A stretch of 30,320 bases of DNA from a virus (IMGVR_UViG_2534681626_000018); one strand, 5' to 3'; positions 8,398-17,992 are shown, numbered from the stretch's first letter. Numbers and translations: made by a program. The notes: generated by a model not told the origin, from the sequence alone.

Positions 8398-8557
8398 GCC
8401 AACAAAATCGTATGATGAAGTATTGAGTGAAAAGCATTCTTTATATGCATTATTTTGCATGCAACATATGCTATACATTCTAGCTATGAATTGTCAGACG
8501 TGGCAGTACTTCTGTATGGTAATGCAACTGCATTAAAACCGCCCCATGAAGCGGGCG

Positions 8558-8576
8558 GGCGAGGCGGGGAAAGCAC
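8558..8576. other. cos: cos cohesive-end site (19-nt overhang sequence GGCGAGGCGGGGAAAGCAC)
   Basis: Sequence matches the P2 cohesive end as I recall it; located just upstream of the portal/terminase genes as in P2. Confidence 0.6.
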
Positions 8577-8718
8577 TGCGCGCTGGCGGTGGTGCTGATT
8601 TTATTTTTTCAGCGTCTGAGCGCGTCGTGAAGGCGCTTAGTCTGCCCGTTGAGGCGTTGGTGTGTCTGCGGGGTGTTTTGTGCGGTGGTGAGCGTGTGAG
8701 GGCGTGATGACGGGGTGT

Positions 8719-8740
8719 AAAAAAGCCGCCCGCAGGCGGC
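8719..8740 (-). terminator. Rho-independent terminator downstream of Q (minus strand)
   Basis: On the minus strand: GCCGCCTGCGGGCGGC hairpin followed by TTTTTT, directly after the Q stop. Confidence 0.5.
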
Positions 8741-8745
8741 GATGT

Positions 8746-9780
8746 TCAGCCGTTGTCAGTGTCCAGTGAGTAGTTTTTAAAGCGGATGACCTCCTGACCG
8801 AGCCAGCCGTTTATCTCGCGGATCCTGTCCTGTAGCGGGATAAGCTCATTACGGACAAAGACCTTTGCCACTTTCTCAATATCACCCAGCGACCCGACGT
8901 TCTCCGGCTTGCCGCCCATCAACTGAAAGGGGATACGGTGCGCGTCCAGCAGGTCAGCGGCGCTGGCTTTTTTGATATTAAAAAAATCGTCCTTCGTTGC
9001 CACTTCACTGAGCGGGATAATTTTAATGCCGTCAGCTTTCCCCTGCGGGGCATAGAGAAACAGGTTTTTAAAGTTGTTGCGGCCTTTCGACTTAACCATG
9101 TTTTCGCGAAGCATTTCGATATCGTTGCGATCCTGCACGGCATCGGTGACGTACATGATGTATCCGGCATGAGCGCCATTTTCGTAATACTTTCGGCGGA
9201 ACAGCGTGGCCGACTCATTCAGCCAGGCAGAATTAAGGGCGCTGAGATATTCCGGCAGGCCGTACAACTCCTGATTAATATCCGGCTCCAGCAGGTGAAA
9301 CACGGAGCCGGGCGTGAAGGCTGTCGGCTCGTTGAAGGACGGCACCCACCAGTAAACATCCTCCTCCACGCCACGGCGGGGATATTTTGCCGGTGAGGTT
9401 TCCAGTCTGATGACCTTACCGGTGGTGCTGTAACGCTTTTCCAGAAACGCATTACCGAAAACCAGAAAATCCAGCACAAAGCGGCTGAAATCCTGCTGGG
9501 AAAGCCACGGATGCGGGATAAATGTCGAGGCCAGAATATTGCGTTTAACGTAAATCGGTGAGCTGTGATGCACGGCAGCACGCAGGCTTTTTGCCAGACC
9601 GGTAAAGCTGACCGGTGGCTCATACCATCTGCCGTTACTGATGCACTCGACGTAATCCAGAATGTCACGGCGGTCGAGTACCGGCACCGGCTCGCCAAAG
9701 GTGAATGCTTCCATTTTCGGGGCGCTGGCAGTCATTGTTTTCACCGCTGGCTGCGGTGTTTTCCCTTTTTTCTTACTCAT
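8746..9780 (-). CDS. Q: Portal (capsid vertex) protein, P2 Q-like
   Basis: 344 aa; position and length as P2 Q; Q stop overlaps the P start region. Confidence 0.9.
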   Translation of the reverse strand: MSKKKGKTPQPAVKTMTASAPKMEAFTFGEPVPVLDRRDILDYVECISNGRWYEPPVSFTGLAKSLRAAVHHSSPIYVKRNILASTFIPHPWLSQQDFSRFVLDFLVFGNAFLEKRYSTTGKVIRLETSPAKYPRRGVEEDVYWWVPSFNEPTAFTPGSVFHLLEPDINQELYGLPEYLSALNSAWLNESATLFRRKYYENGAHAGYIMYVTDAVQDRNDIEMLRENMVKSKGRNNFKNLFLYAPQGKADGIKIIPLSEVATKDDFFNIKKASAADLLDAHRIPFQLMGGKPENVGSLGDIEKVAKVFVRNELIPLQDRIREINGWLGQEVIRFKNYSLDTDNG

Positions 9781-11552
9781 CAGTAAAACTCCAGAATGGT
9801 GGATGTCAGCGGAGTGCTGATACCGGCGGTGAGTGGCTCATTTAACAGGGCGTGCATGGTCGCCCAGGCGAGGTCGGCGTGGCTGGCTTCCTCGCTGCGG
9901 CTGGCCTCATAGGTGGCGCTGCGTCCGCTGCTGGTCATGGTCTTGCGGATAGCCATGAACGAGCTGGTGATGTCGGTGGCGCTGACGTCATATTCCAGAC
10001 AGCCACGGCGGATAACGTCTTTTGCCTTGAGCACCATTGCAGTTTTCATTTCCGGCGTGTAGCGGATATCGCGCGCGGCGGGATAGAACGAGCGCACGAG
10101 CTGGAACACGCCGACACCGAGGCCGGTGGCATCAATACCGATGTATTCGACGTTATATTTTTCGGTGAGTTTGCGGATGGATTCAGCCTGGGTGGCAAAG
10201 TCCATGCCTTTCCACTGGTGACGCTCAAGTATTCTGAATTTGCCACCGGCCACCACCGGCGGTGCCAGCACCACGCATCCGGCGCTGTCGCCACGGTGTG
10301 ACGGGTCGTAACCAATCCATACCGGACGTGAGCCGAACGGATTGGCGGCAAACGGAGCATAGTCTTCCCATTCTTCCAGCGTGTCGACCATGCAGCGTTG
10401 CAGCTCCTCGAACGGGAACACCGACGCCTTGTCGTCAACAAATTCACACATGAACAGGTTTTTAAAATCGTCGGCGCTGTTTTCACGTTTGAGCTGCTCA
10501 ATGTCGAACAGCGTGCAGCCGCCTTTCAGGGCGTCCTCAATGGTGACAATCTGCCGCCACTGGCCGTCCGCACAGAGAAGCCCACCGGCAAGGGCGTTAT
10601 GACTGACGTCGATTTCCACGCGTTCGGCGGCGCTGGCGCGTCCCCGGTTAAACAGTTCACCCGACCAGAACGGGTAGGCGTCGTGCGCCAGTGTGGACGG
10701 GGGGGAGAAATAGGTCGAGCGCAGGTGACTCTGTGAGGCCATACCTGATGCCACCTTACGCAGTACCTGAAAATTCGGGATCCAGAAAATCTCGTCGACG
10801 TACAGGTCGCCGTTATGGCTCTGCGCGGTGTTGGAGTTGGTGCCGAGAAAAATCAGTTTTGCGCCGTTATTGCCCAGGACAATTGGGTCACCGGTCAGGT
10901 CAACGTCAACCAGCCGGGCAAAGGCGATGATGTATTCGCGGAACACATACGCCTGCGTTTTACTGGCCGACAGAAAAATCTGGTTATGACCGGTTTTCAG
11001 GGCGCGCAGCAGCGCCTCGCGGGAAAAATAAAACGTCGCGCCAATCTGGCGGGATTTCAGGATATCGCGGATGCGGTGCTCAAGCCCTGCGCGATACCAG
11101 TGCAACTGATATTCGAAAGACTGCTCAAAGAAAATCTGCTCCAGCTTTTCGATGGCCTCGTCACTGAAAAAATTCTTTTTCGGTTTGCGACGCCCGCCTT
11201 TGTTGCGGTTAGCGACGTTCGGATTAAGGTCTGCCTCGTTGCCGGTCTGACTGTAACGGTTGACCCGTGCCAGTCGTTCAATCTGGCGTCCCAGCAGGTC
11301 AATTTCCTTGAAGTCACCGCCGGTTTTCTGCGGTTTGATGATGAGCTGGGTCAGCCGCGCTTCCAGACTCATTTCGACACGGCTGATGGGGGCAACGCTG
11401 TCCCAGCCGTCGCGCTGTTTCCAGCTCTGCACCGTCGGGCGTTTCATCTGCAACATGGCGGCAATCTGCGGCACGGAAAATCCCTGCCAGTACAGCAGCG
11501 CCGCCTGACGACGCGGGTCGTGTAAAAGAGTGGTGTCTGTGGTGATGGTCAT
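9780..11552 (-). CDS. P: Terminase large (ATPase) subunit, P2 P-like
   Basis: 590 aa from ATG at 11552 (MTITTDTTLL...); divergent from O as in P2. Confidence 0.9.
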   Translation of the reverse strand: MTITTDTTLLHDPRRQAALLYWQGFSVPQIAAMLQMKRPTVQSWKQRDGWDSVAPISRVEMSLEARLTQLIIKPQKTGGDFKEIDLLGRQIERLARVNRYSQTGNEADLNPNVANRNKGGRRKPKKNFFSDEAIEKLEQIFFEQSFEYQLHWYRAGLEHRIRDILKSRQIGATFYFSREALLRALKTGHNQIFLSASKTQAYVFREYIIAFARLVDVDLTGDPIVLGNNGAKLIFLGTNSNTAQSHNGDLYVDEIFWIPNFQVLRKVASGMASQSHLRSTYFSPPSTLAHDAYPFWSGELFNRGRASAAERVEIDVSHNALAGGLLCADGQWRQIVTIEDALKGGCTLFDIEQLKRENSADDFKNLFMCEFVDDKASVFPFEELQRCMVDTLEEWEDYAPFAANPFGSRPVWIGYDPSHRGDSAGCVVLAPPVVAGGKFRILERHQWKGMDFATQAESIRKLTEKYNVEYIGIDATGLGVGVFQLVRSFYPAARDIRYTPEMKTAMVLKAKDVIRRGCLEYDVSATDITSSFMAIRKTMTSSGRSATYEASRSEEASHADLAWATMHALLNEPLTAGISTPLTSTILEFY

Positions 11553-11725
11553 GAATACCTCGCCGTGATGAATACACGGCAAGGCTACTGAGTCGCGCCC
11601 CGCGATTCGCTAAGGTGCTGTTGTGTCAGTGATAAGCCATCCGGGACTGATGGCGGAGGATGCGCATCGTCGGGAAACTGATGCCGACATGTGACTCCTC
11701 TAATCACTATTCAGGACTCCTGACA

Positions 11726-12580
11726 ATGGCAAAAAAAGTCTCAAAATTCTTTCGTATCGGCGTTGAGGGTGACACCTGTGACGGGCGTGTCATCAGTGCG
11801 CAGGATATTCAGGAAATGGCCGAAACCTTTGACCCGCGTGTCTATGGTTGCCGCATTAACCTGGAACATCTGCGCGGCATCCTGCCTGACGGCATTTTTA
11901 AACGTTATGGCGATGTGGCCGAACTGAAGGCCGAAAAGATTGACGATGATTCGGCGCTGAAAGGCAAATGGGCGCTGTTTGCGAAAATCACCCCGACCGA
12001 TGACCTTATCGCGATGAACAAGGCCGCGCAGAAGGTCTACACCTCAATGGAAATTCAGCCGAACTTTGCCAACACCGGCAAATGTTATCTGGTGGGGCTG
12101 GCCGTCACCGATGACCCGGCAAGCCTCGGCACGGAATACCTGGAATTCTGCCGCACGGCAAAACACAACCCCCTGAACCGCTTCAAATTAAGCCCTGAAA
12201 ACCTGATTTCAGTGGCAACGCCTGTTGAGCTGGAATTTGAAGACCTGCCTGAAACCGTGTTCACCGCCCTGACCGAAAAGGTGAAGTCCATTTTTGGCCG
12301 CAAACAGGCCAGCGATGATGCCCGTCTGAATGACGTGCATGAAGCGGTGACCGCTGTTGCTGAACATGTGCAGGAAAAACTGAGCGCCACTGAGCAGCGC
12401 CTCGCGGAGATGGAAACCGCCTTTTCCGCACTTAAGCAGGAGGTGACTGACAGGGCGGATGAAACCAGCCAGGCATTCACCCGCCTGAAAAACAGTCTCG
12501 ACCACACCGAAAGTCTGACCCAGCAGCGCCGCAGCAAGGCCACCGGTGGTGGCGGTGACGCCCTGATGACGAACTGCTGA
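11726..12580 (+). CDS. O: Capsid scaffolding protein, P2 O-like
   Basis: 284 aa from ATG 11726 (MAKKVSKFFRIGVEGD...); coiled-coil-rich C-terminus. Confidence 0.85.
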   Translation: MAKKVSKFFRIGVEGDTCDGRVISAQDIQEMAETFDPRVYGCRINLEHLRGILPDGIFKRYGDVAELKAEKIDDDSALKGKWALFAKITPTDDLIAMNKAAQKVYTSMEIQPNFANTGKCYLVGLAVTDDPASLGTEYLEFCRTAKHNPLNRFKLSPENLISVATPVELEFEDLPETVFTALTEKVKSIFGRKQASDDARLNDVHEAVTAVAEHVQEKLSATEQRLAEMETAFSALKQEVTDRADETSQAFTRLKNSLDHTESLTQQRRSKATGGGGDALMTNC

Positions 12581-12638
12581 CCGGCGTCAGTCAGTCCGGG
12601 AAAACCTTCACGATTAACCCTTAATTTCAGGAAAAACT

Positions 12639-13712
12639 ATGCGCCAGGAAACCCGCTTTAAATTTAATGCCTACCTGTCCCGTGTTGCCGAACTGAACGG
12701 CATCGACGCCGGGGATGTGTCGAAAAAATTCACCGTTGAACCGTCGGTCACCCAGACCCTGATGAACACCATGCAGGAGTCCTCTGACTTTCTGACCCGC
12801 ATCAACATTGTGCCGGTCAGCGAAATGAAAGGGGAAAAAATTGGTATCGGTGTCACCGGCCCCATCGCCAGCACCACCGACACCGCCGGTGGCACCGAGC
12901 GTCAGCCGAAGGACTTCTCGAAGCTGGCGTCCAACAAGTACGAATGCGACCAGGTTAACTTCGATTTTTATATCCGCTACAAAACGCTGGACCTGTGGGC
13001 GCGTTATCAGGATTTCCAGCTCCGTATCCGTAACGCCATTATCAAACGCCAGTCCCTTGATTTCATCATGGCCGGTTTTAACGGCGTGAAGCGTGCCGAA
13101 ACCTCTGACCGCAACAGTAATCCGATGCTGCAGGATGTGGCGGTCGGCTGGCTGCAGAAATACCGCAATGAAGCCCCGGCGCGCGTGATGAGCAAGGTCA
13201 CTGACGAGGAAGGGCACACCACCTCTGAGGTTATCCGCGTGGGTAAGGGCGGTGATTATGCCAGCCTTGACGCACTGGTGATGGATGCGACCAATAACCT
13301 GATTGAGCCGTGGTATCAGGAAGACCCTGACCTTGTGGTGATTGTGGGACGTCAGCTACTGGCGGACAAGTATTTTCCCATCGTCAACAAGGAGCAGGAC
13401 AACAGCGAAATGCTGGCTGCTGACGTCATCATCAGCCAGAAACGCATCGGTAACCTGCCGGCGGTACGCGTCCCGTACTTTCCGGCGGATGCGATGCTCA
13501 TCACGAAGCTGGAAAACCTGTCCATCTACTACATGGATGACAGCCATCGCCGCGTGATTGAGGAAAACCCGAAACTCGACCGCGTGGAGAACTACGAGTC
13601 AATGAACATTGATTACGTGGTGGAAGACTACGCCGCCGGTTGTCTGGTGGAAAAAATTAAGGTCGGTGATTTCTCCACACTGGCTAAAGCGACCGCAGAG
13701 CCGGGAGCGTAA
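12639..13712 (+). CDS. N: Major capsid protein, P2 N-like
   Basis: 357 aa, same length and position as P2 N. Confidence 0.9.
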   Translation: MRQETRFKFNAYLSRVAELNGIDAGDVSKKFTVEPSVTQTLMNTMQESSDFLTRINIVPVSEMKGEKIGIGVTGPIASTTDTAGGTERQPKDFSKLASNKYECDQVNFDFYIRYKTLDLWARYQDFQLRIRNAIIKRQSLDFIMAGFNGVKRAETSDRNSNPMLQDVAVGWLQKYRNEAPARVMSKVTDEEGHTTSEVIRVGKGGDYASLDALVMDATNNLIEPWYQEDPDLVVIVGRQLLADKYFPIVNKEQDNSEMLAADVIISQKRIGNLPAVRVPYFPADAMLITKLENLSIYYMDDSHRRVIEENPKLDRVENYESMNIDYVVEDYAAGCLVEKIKVGDFSTLAKATAEPGA

Positions 13713-13715
13713 CCG

Positions 13716-14459
13716 ATGACGAGTCCCGCACAGCGCCACATGATGCGGGTCTCGGCAGCGATGACCGCGCAGCGGGAAGCCGCCCCGCTGCGACATGCAA
13801 CTGTCTATGAGCAGATGCTGGTTAAGCTCGCCGCAGACCAGCGCACACTGAAAGCGATTTATTCAAAAGAGCTGAAGGCCGCGAAAAAACGCGAACTGCT
13901 GCCGTTCTGGTTGCCGTGGGTGAATGGCGTGCTGGAGCAGGGCAAAGGTGCACAGGATGACATTCTGATGACGGTCATGCTGTGGCGTCTGGATACCGGC
14001 GATATTGCCGGTGCGCTGGAGATTGCCCGTTATGCCCTGAAATACGGTCTGACCATGCCGGGTAAACACCGCCGTACCCCGCCGTACATGTTCACCGAGG
14101 AGGTGGCACTTGCGGCCATGCGCGCCCACGCTGCCGGTGAGTCTGTGGATACCCGCCTGCTGACGGACACCCTTGAACTGACTGCCACGGCTGACATGCC
14201 TGATGAAGTGCGCGCAAAGCTGCACAAAATCACCGGTCTGTTTCTGCGTGACGCTGGTGATGCCGCCGGTGCGCTGGCTCACCTGCAACGTGCGACACAG
14301 CTCGACTGTCAGGCAGGCGTCAAAAAAGAGATTGAACGACTGGAGCGGGAGCTGAAACCGAAGCCGGAGCCGCAGCCCAAAGCGGCCACCCGCGCCCCGC
14401 GTAAGATCCGGAGCGTGACACCGGCAAAACGTGGACGCCCGAAAAAGAAAGCCAGTTAA
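13716..14459 (+). CDS. M: Terminase endonuclease/small subunit, P2 M-like
   Basis: 247 aa; basic C-terminus (KRGRPKKK). Confidence 0.85.
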   Translation: MTSPAQRHMMRVSAAMTAQREAAPLRHATVYEQMLVKLAADQRTLKAIYSKELKAAKKRELLPFWLPWVNGVLEQGKGAQDDILMTVMLWRLDTGDIAGALEIARYALKYGLTMPGKHRRTPPYMFTEEVALAAMRAHAAGESVDTRLLTDTLELTATADMPDEVRAKLHKITGLFLRDAGDAAGALAHLQRATQLDCQAGVKKEIERLERELKPKPEPQPKAATRAPRKIRSVTPAKRGRPKKKAS

Positions 14460-14558
14460 CAACCGAATGCGCCCCGCGCCAGGGCGGCACGCCGGTCAGT
14501 GAGGGTGAATCACCTGACACTGCACCGGCGTCCACCGCCCGACTTTTCAGAGGTAGTC

Positions 14559-15068
14559 ATGATGACGCTGATTATTCCGCGAAAGGAGGCTCCCGTGTCC
14601 GGTGAGGGTACGGTGGTTATCCCGCAACCGGCAGGCGACGAGCCGGTGATTAAAAACACGTTCTTTTTTCCCGATATCGACCCGAAGCGCGTCCGGGAAC
14701 GTATGCGCCTTGAGCAGACCGTCGCCCCCGCCCGTCTGCGTGAGGCCATCAAGTCAGGCATGGCGGAGACGAATGCGGAGCTGTACGAGTACCGCGAACA
14801 GAAAATTGCCACCGGTTTTACGCGTCTGGCGGACGTCCCGGCGGACGACATCGACGGTGAAAGCATCAAAGTTTTTTACTACGAGCGCGCCGTGTGTGCG
14901 ATGGCGACCGCGTCGCTTTATGAGCGTTATCGCGGCGTGGATGCCAGTGCGAAAGGTGACAAGAAGGCTGACAGCATTGACAGCACCATTGATGAACTGT
15001 GGCGGGATATGCGCTGGGCGGTGGCGCGTATCCAGGACAAGCCGCGCTGCATCGTGAGTCAAATCTGA
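14559..15068 (+). CDS. L: Head completion/stabilisation protein, P2 L-like
   Basis: 169 aa from ATG 14559 (MMTLIIPRKEAP...) with AGAGG upstream. Confidence 0.8.
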   Translation: MMTLIIPRKEAPVSGEGTVVIPQPAGDEPVIKNTFFFPDIDPKRVRERMRLEQTVAPARLREAIKSGMAETNAELYEYREQKIATGFTRLADVPADDIDGESIKVFYYERAVCAMATASLYERYRGVDASAKGDKKADSIDSTIDELWRDMRWAVARIQDKPRCIVSQI

Positions 15069-15271
15069 TGAAGACCTTTGCGCTACAGGGCGACACGCTC
15101 GACGCCATTTGTGTCCGGTATTACGGGCGCACTGAGGGCGTGGTTGAGACCGTGCTCGCCGCAAATCCGGGACTGGCTGAACTGGGTGCGGTGCTGCCAC
15201 ACGGCACCGCCGTCGAACTGCCCGACGTTCAGACCGCGCCCGTGGCTGAAACTGTCAATCTGTGGGAGTAA
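15068..15271 (+). CDS. X: Tail protein X
   Basis: 67 aa from ATG 15068 (MKTFALQGDTLDAICVRYYG...); start overlaps the L stop. Confidence 0.75.
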   Translation: MKTFALQGDTLDAICVRYYGRTEGVVETVLAANPGLAELGAVLPHGTAVELPDVQTAPVAETVNLWE

Positions 15272-15274
15272 CGC

Positions 15275-15556
15275 ATGACAGCAGAAGAAAAAAGCGTCCT
15301 GTCGCTTTTCATGATTGGGGTGCTGATTGTTGTCGGCAAGGTGCTTGCCGGTGGTGAACCCATCACCCCGCGTCTGTTTATCGGGCGCATGTTGCTCGGT
15401 GGTTTTGTCTCGATGGTTGCCGGTGTTGTTCTGGTGCAGTTTCCTGACCTGTCACTGCCTGCGGTGTGCGGTATCGGCTCCATGCTGGGTATCGCCGGTT
15501 ATCAGGTGATTGAGATTGCCATTCAGCGCCGTTTTAAGGGCAGGGGGAAACCGTAA
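15275..15556 (+). CDS. Y: Holin, P2 Y-like
   Basis: 93 aa with hydrophobic helices, directly upstream of the endolysin. Confidence 0.75.
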   Translation: MTAEEKSVLSLFMIGVLIVVGKVLAGGEPITPRLFIGRMLLGGFVSMVAGVVLVQFPDLSLPAVCGIGSMLGIAGYQVIEIAIQRRFKGRGKP

Positions 15557-16053
15557 TGCCGGTAATTAACACGCATCAGAATATCGCGGCCTTTCTCGAC
15601 ATGCTGGCCGTGTCCGAAGGGACGGCGAATCATCCGCTGACGAAAAACCGGGGCTATGACGTGATAGTCACCGGACTGGACGGGAAGCCGGAAATTTTCA
15701 CTGACTACAGTGACCACCCGTTCGCGCATGGCCGACCGGCGAAGGTGTTTAACCGTCGCGGTGAAAAATCCACGGCCTCCGGTCGCTATCAGCAGCTTTA
15801 CCTGTTCTGGCCGCACTACCGCAAACAGCTTGCCCTGCCGGATTTCAGTCCGTTGTCACAGGACAGGCTCGCCATTCAGTTGATCCGCGAACGCGGTGCA
15901 CTGGATGACATCCGGGCGGGACGCATTGAGCGCGCCATTTCACGCTGTCGCAATATCTGGGCGTCCCTGCCGGGAGCCGGTTACGGTCAGCGTGAGCATT
16001 CACTGGAAAAACTGGTCACCGTCTGGCGTACCGCTGGCGGCGTACCGGCTTAA
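15556..16053 (+). CDS. K: Endolysin (lysozyme), P2 K-like
   Basis: 165 aa; N-terminal MPVINTHQNIAAFLDMLAVSEGT with the catalytic-Glu context typical of phage lysozymes. Confidence 0.85.
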   Translation: MPVINTHQNIAAFLDMLAVSEGTANHPLTKNRGYDVIVTGLDGKPEIFTDYSDHPFAHGRPAKVFNRRGEKSTASGRYQQLYLFWPHYRKQLALPDFSPLSQDRLAIQLIRERGALDDIRAGRIERAISRCRNIWASLPGAGYGQREHSLEKLVTVWRTAGGVPA

Positions 16054-16067
16054 ACGGAGTAAACACC

Positions 16068-16493
16068 ATGAAGAAATTATCCCTTTCACTGATGCTGAAC
16101 GTGTCGCTGGCGCTGATGCTGGCACTGTCCCTGATTTACCCGCAGAGCGTGGCCGTCAGTTTTGTCGCCACCTGGGCGATTCTGGCGACGGTTATCTGTG
16201 TGGTTGCCGGTGGTGTCGGCGTGTATGCCACGGAGTATGTGCTGGAACGCTACGGGCGGGAGCTTCCGCCGGAATCGCTGGCCGTGAAGATTGTCACGTC
16301 GCTGTTTTTGCAGCCGGTGCCGTGGCGCAGACGGGCGGTGGCTCTGGTGGTGATGGTGGCGACGTTTATCTCGCTGGTCGCTGCCGGGGGGATTTTTACC
16401 GCGCTGATTTATCTCGTGGCGTCGGTGTTCTTCCGGCTGATACGTACGGCCTGCCGTCAGCGTTTTGAGGGGCGGGAACCATGTCAAAGCTGA
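16068..16493 (+). CDS. lysA: Lysis regulatory membrane protein LysA
   Basis: 141 aa with multiple hydrophobic helices; position as in P2. Confidence 0.7.
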   Translation: MKKLSLSLMLNVSLALMLALSLIYPQSVAVSFVATWAILATVICVVAGGVGVYATEYVLERYGRELPPESLAVKIVTSLFLQPVPWRRRAVALVVMVATFISLVAAGGIFTALIYLVASVFFRLIRTACRQRFEGREPCQS

Positions 16494-16906
16494 TGATTGT
16501 GATGGTTGTGCTGTTATCGCTGGCGGTGGCGGGGCTGTTTCTGGTGAAGCATGAAAACGCCAGCCTGCGCGCCTCGCTGGACAGGGCGAACAACGTCGCC
16601 AGCGGGCAGCAGACGACCATCACCATGCTGCAAAATCAGCTTCATGTTGCCATCACCAGGGCAGACAAAAACGAGCTGGCGCAGGTGGCACTGCGTCAGG
16701 AACTGGAGAACGCCGCGAAGCGTGAAGCACAGCGCGAGAAAACCATCACGAGGTTACTTAATGAAAACGAAGATTTTCGCCGCTGGTACGGTGCTGACCT
16801 GCCTGATGCTGTGCGCCGGTTGCACCAGCGCCCCGCCTGCACTGACGCCAGTGATTGTCCCCAACGCCTGCCCGAAAGTGAGCCTTTGCCCGATGCCGGG
16901 CAGTGA
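16481..16906 (+). CDS. lysB: Spanin inner-membrane subunit (Rz-like), LysB
   Basis: 141 aa with N-terminal TM helix and coiled-coil region. Confidence 0.7.
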   Translation: MSKLMIVMVVLLSLAVAGLFLVKHENASLRASLDRANNVASGQQTTITMLQNQLHVAITRADKNELAQVALRQELENAAKREAQREKTITRLLNENEDFRRWYGADLPDAVRRLHQRPACTDASDCPQRLPESEPLPDAGQ

Positions 16907-17051
16907 CCCGGAGACGAACGGCGATTTAAGTGCCGATATCCGGCAGCTTGAGAACGCGCTGGCACGCTGTGCCAGCCAGGTAAAAATGATTAAACACTGT
17001 CAGGACGAAAACGATGCTCAAACCCGACAGCCTGCGCAGGGCGCTGACTGA
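16761..17051 (+). CDS. lysC: Spanin outer-membrane lipoprotein (Rz1-like), LysC
   Basis: 96 aa starting MKTKIFAAGTVLTCLMLCAGC (lipobox LCAGC); out-of-frame ORF begins inside lysB and runs into the R start. Confidence 0.6.
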   Translation: MKTKIFAAGTVLTCLMLCAGCTSAPPALTPVIVPNACPKVSLCPMPGSDPETNGDLSADIRQLENALARCASQVKMIKHCQDENDAQTRQPAQGAD

Positions 17052-17481
17052 TGCCGTCACGGTGCTGAAAACTAACCCCGAGATGCTGCGGATATTCGTG
17101 GATAACGGGAGTATTGCCTCCACACTGGCGACGTCGCTGTCATTCGAAAAGCGTTACACGCTCAATGTGATTGTGACCGACTTTACCGGTGATTTTGACC
17201 TGCTCATTGTGCCGGTGCTGGCGTGGCTGCGGGAGAATCAGCCCGACATCATGACCACCGACGCAGGCCAGAAAAAGGGCTTCACGTTTTATGCAGACAT
17301 CAACAATGACAGCAGCTTTGATATCAGCATCAGCCTGATGCTGACCGAGCGCACGCTGGTCAGTGAGGTGGACGGCGCACTGCATGTGAAGAATATCCCG
17401 GAACCCACGCCGCCGGAGCCGGTCACCCGCCCGGTGGAGCTTTATATCAATGGCGAACTGGTGAGCAAGTGGGATGAATGA
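17014..17481 (+). CDS. R: Tail completion protein R
   Basis: 155 aa; position as P2 R. Confidence 0.8.
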   Translation: MLKPDSLRRALTDAVTVLKTNPEMLRIFVDNGSIASTLATSLSFEKRYTLNVIVTDFTGDFDLLIVPVLAWLRENQPDIMTTDAGQKKGFTFYADINNDSSFDISISLMLTERTLVSEVDGALHVKNIPEPTPPEPVTRPVELYINGELVSKWDE

Positions 17482-17926
17482 GTTTAAGCGTTTTGAAGAC
17501 CGGCTGACCGGACTGATTGAATCGCTGTCACCGTCAGGGCGTCGGCGACTGAGTGCCGAACTGGCGAAGCGCCTGCGGCAGAGTCAGCAGCGTCGGGTGA
17601 TGGCACAGAAAGCCCCGGACGGCACACCCTACGTGCCACGCCAGCAGCAGAGCGCCAGAAAAAAGACTGGTCGTGTTAAGCGAAAAATGTTTGCGAAACT
17701 TATCACCAGTCGTTTTTTGCATATCCGCGCCAGCCCGGAGCAGGCATCAATGGAGTTTTACGGCGGGAAGTCACCGAAAATCGCCAGTGTGCATCAGTTC
17801 GGTCTGTCGGAAGAAAACCGGAAAGACGGTAAGAAAATTGATTATCCGGCGCGCCCTCTGCTCGGCTTCACCGGTGAGGATGTACAGATGATTGAAGAGA
17901 TTATCCTGGCTCACCTCGACCGTTAG
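17474..17926 (+). CDS. S: Tail completion protein S
   Basis: 150 aa; overlaps R stop. Confidence 0.8.
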   Translation: MNEFKRFEDRLTGLIESLSPSGRRRLSAELAKRLRQSQQRRVMAQKAPDGTPYVPRQQQSARKKTGRVKRKMFAKLITSRFLHIRASPEQASMEFYGGKSPKIASVHQFGLSEENRKDGKKIDYPARPLLGFTGEDVQMIEEIILAHLDR

Positions 17927-17992
17927 TTGTGCCATTCCCGACACCTCATCGTCACATTGCCGCCGGTATGACCCGGCGGCATCCTTCCCGTT

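Noticed and set aside
8443-8471. Cluster of short palindromes (ATGCAT, GCATGC, CATATG) upstream of cos
   Set aside because: AT-rich low-complexity sequence where 6-bp palindromes occur by chance; no extended dyad or repeat periodicity to support a defined site.
8938-11525. Long ORFs on the strand opposite Q and P (8938..9396 +, 9219..9698 -, 9852..10301 +, 10815..11525 +)
   Set aside because: They lie wholly inside the well-supported portal and terminase genes on the other strand or frame; typical shadow ORFs in GC-rich coding DNA, with no ribosome-binding sites or recognisable motifs.
11553-11725. Ogr-dependent late promoter dyads (TGT-N12-ACA) in the P/O, S/V and invertase/FI gaps
   Set aside because: I looked for the dyad I recall from P2 late promoters and found only near-matches (for example TGTGACTCCTCTAATCAC at 11688..11705, TGT-N10-ACA at about 17931..17946) at positions that do not fit the expected -55 spacing, so I do not assert specific promoter coordinates.
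12085-15200. Antisense and alternative-frame ORFs inside O, N, M and L (for example 12627..13217 -, 13863..14462 -, 14754..15200 -)
   Set aside because: Overlap conserved capsid and terminase genes; biased composition (Arg/Ser/Ala-rich) typical of non-coding frames.
16551-16760. N-terminal 70 codons of the 166-aa ORF 16551..17051
   Set aside because: Proline/arginine-rich shadow frame inside lysB; the biologically sensible product starts at the lipoprotein signal peptide at 16761.
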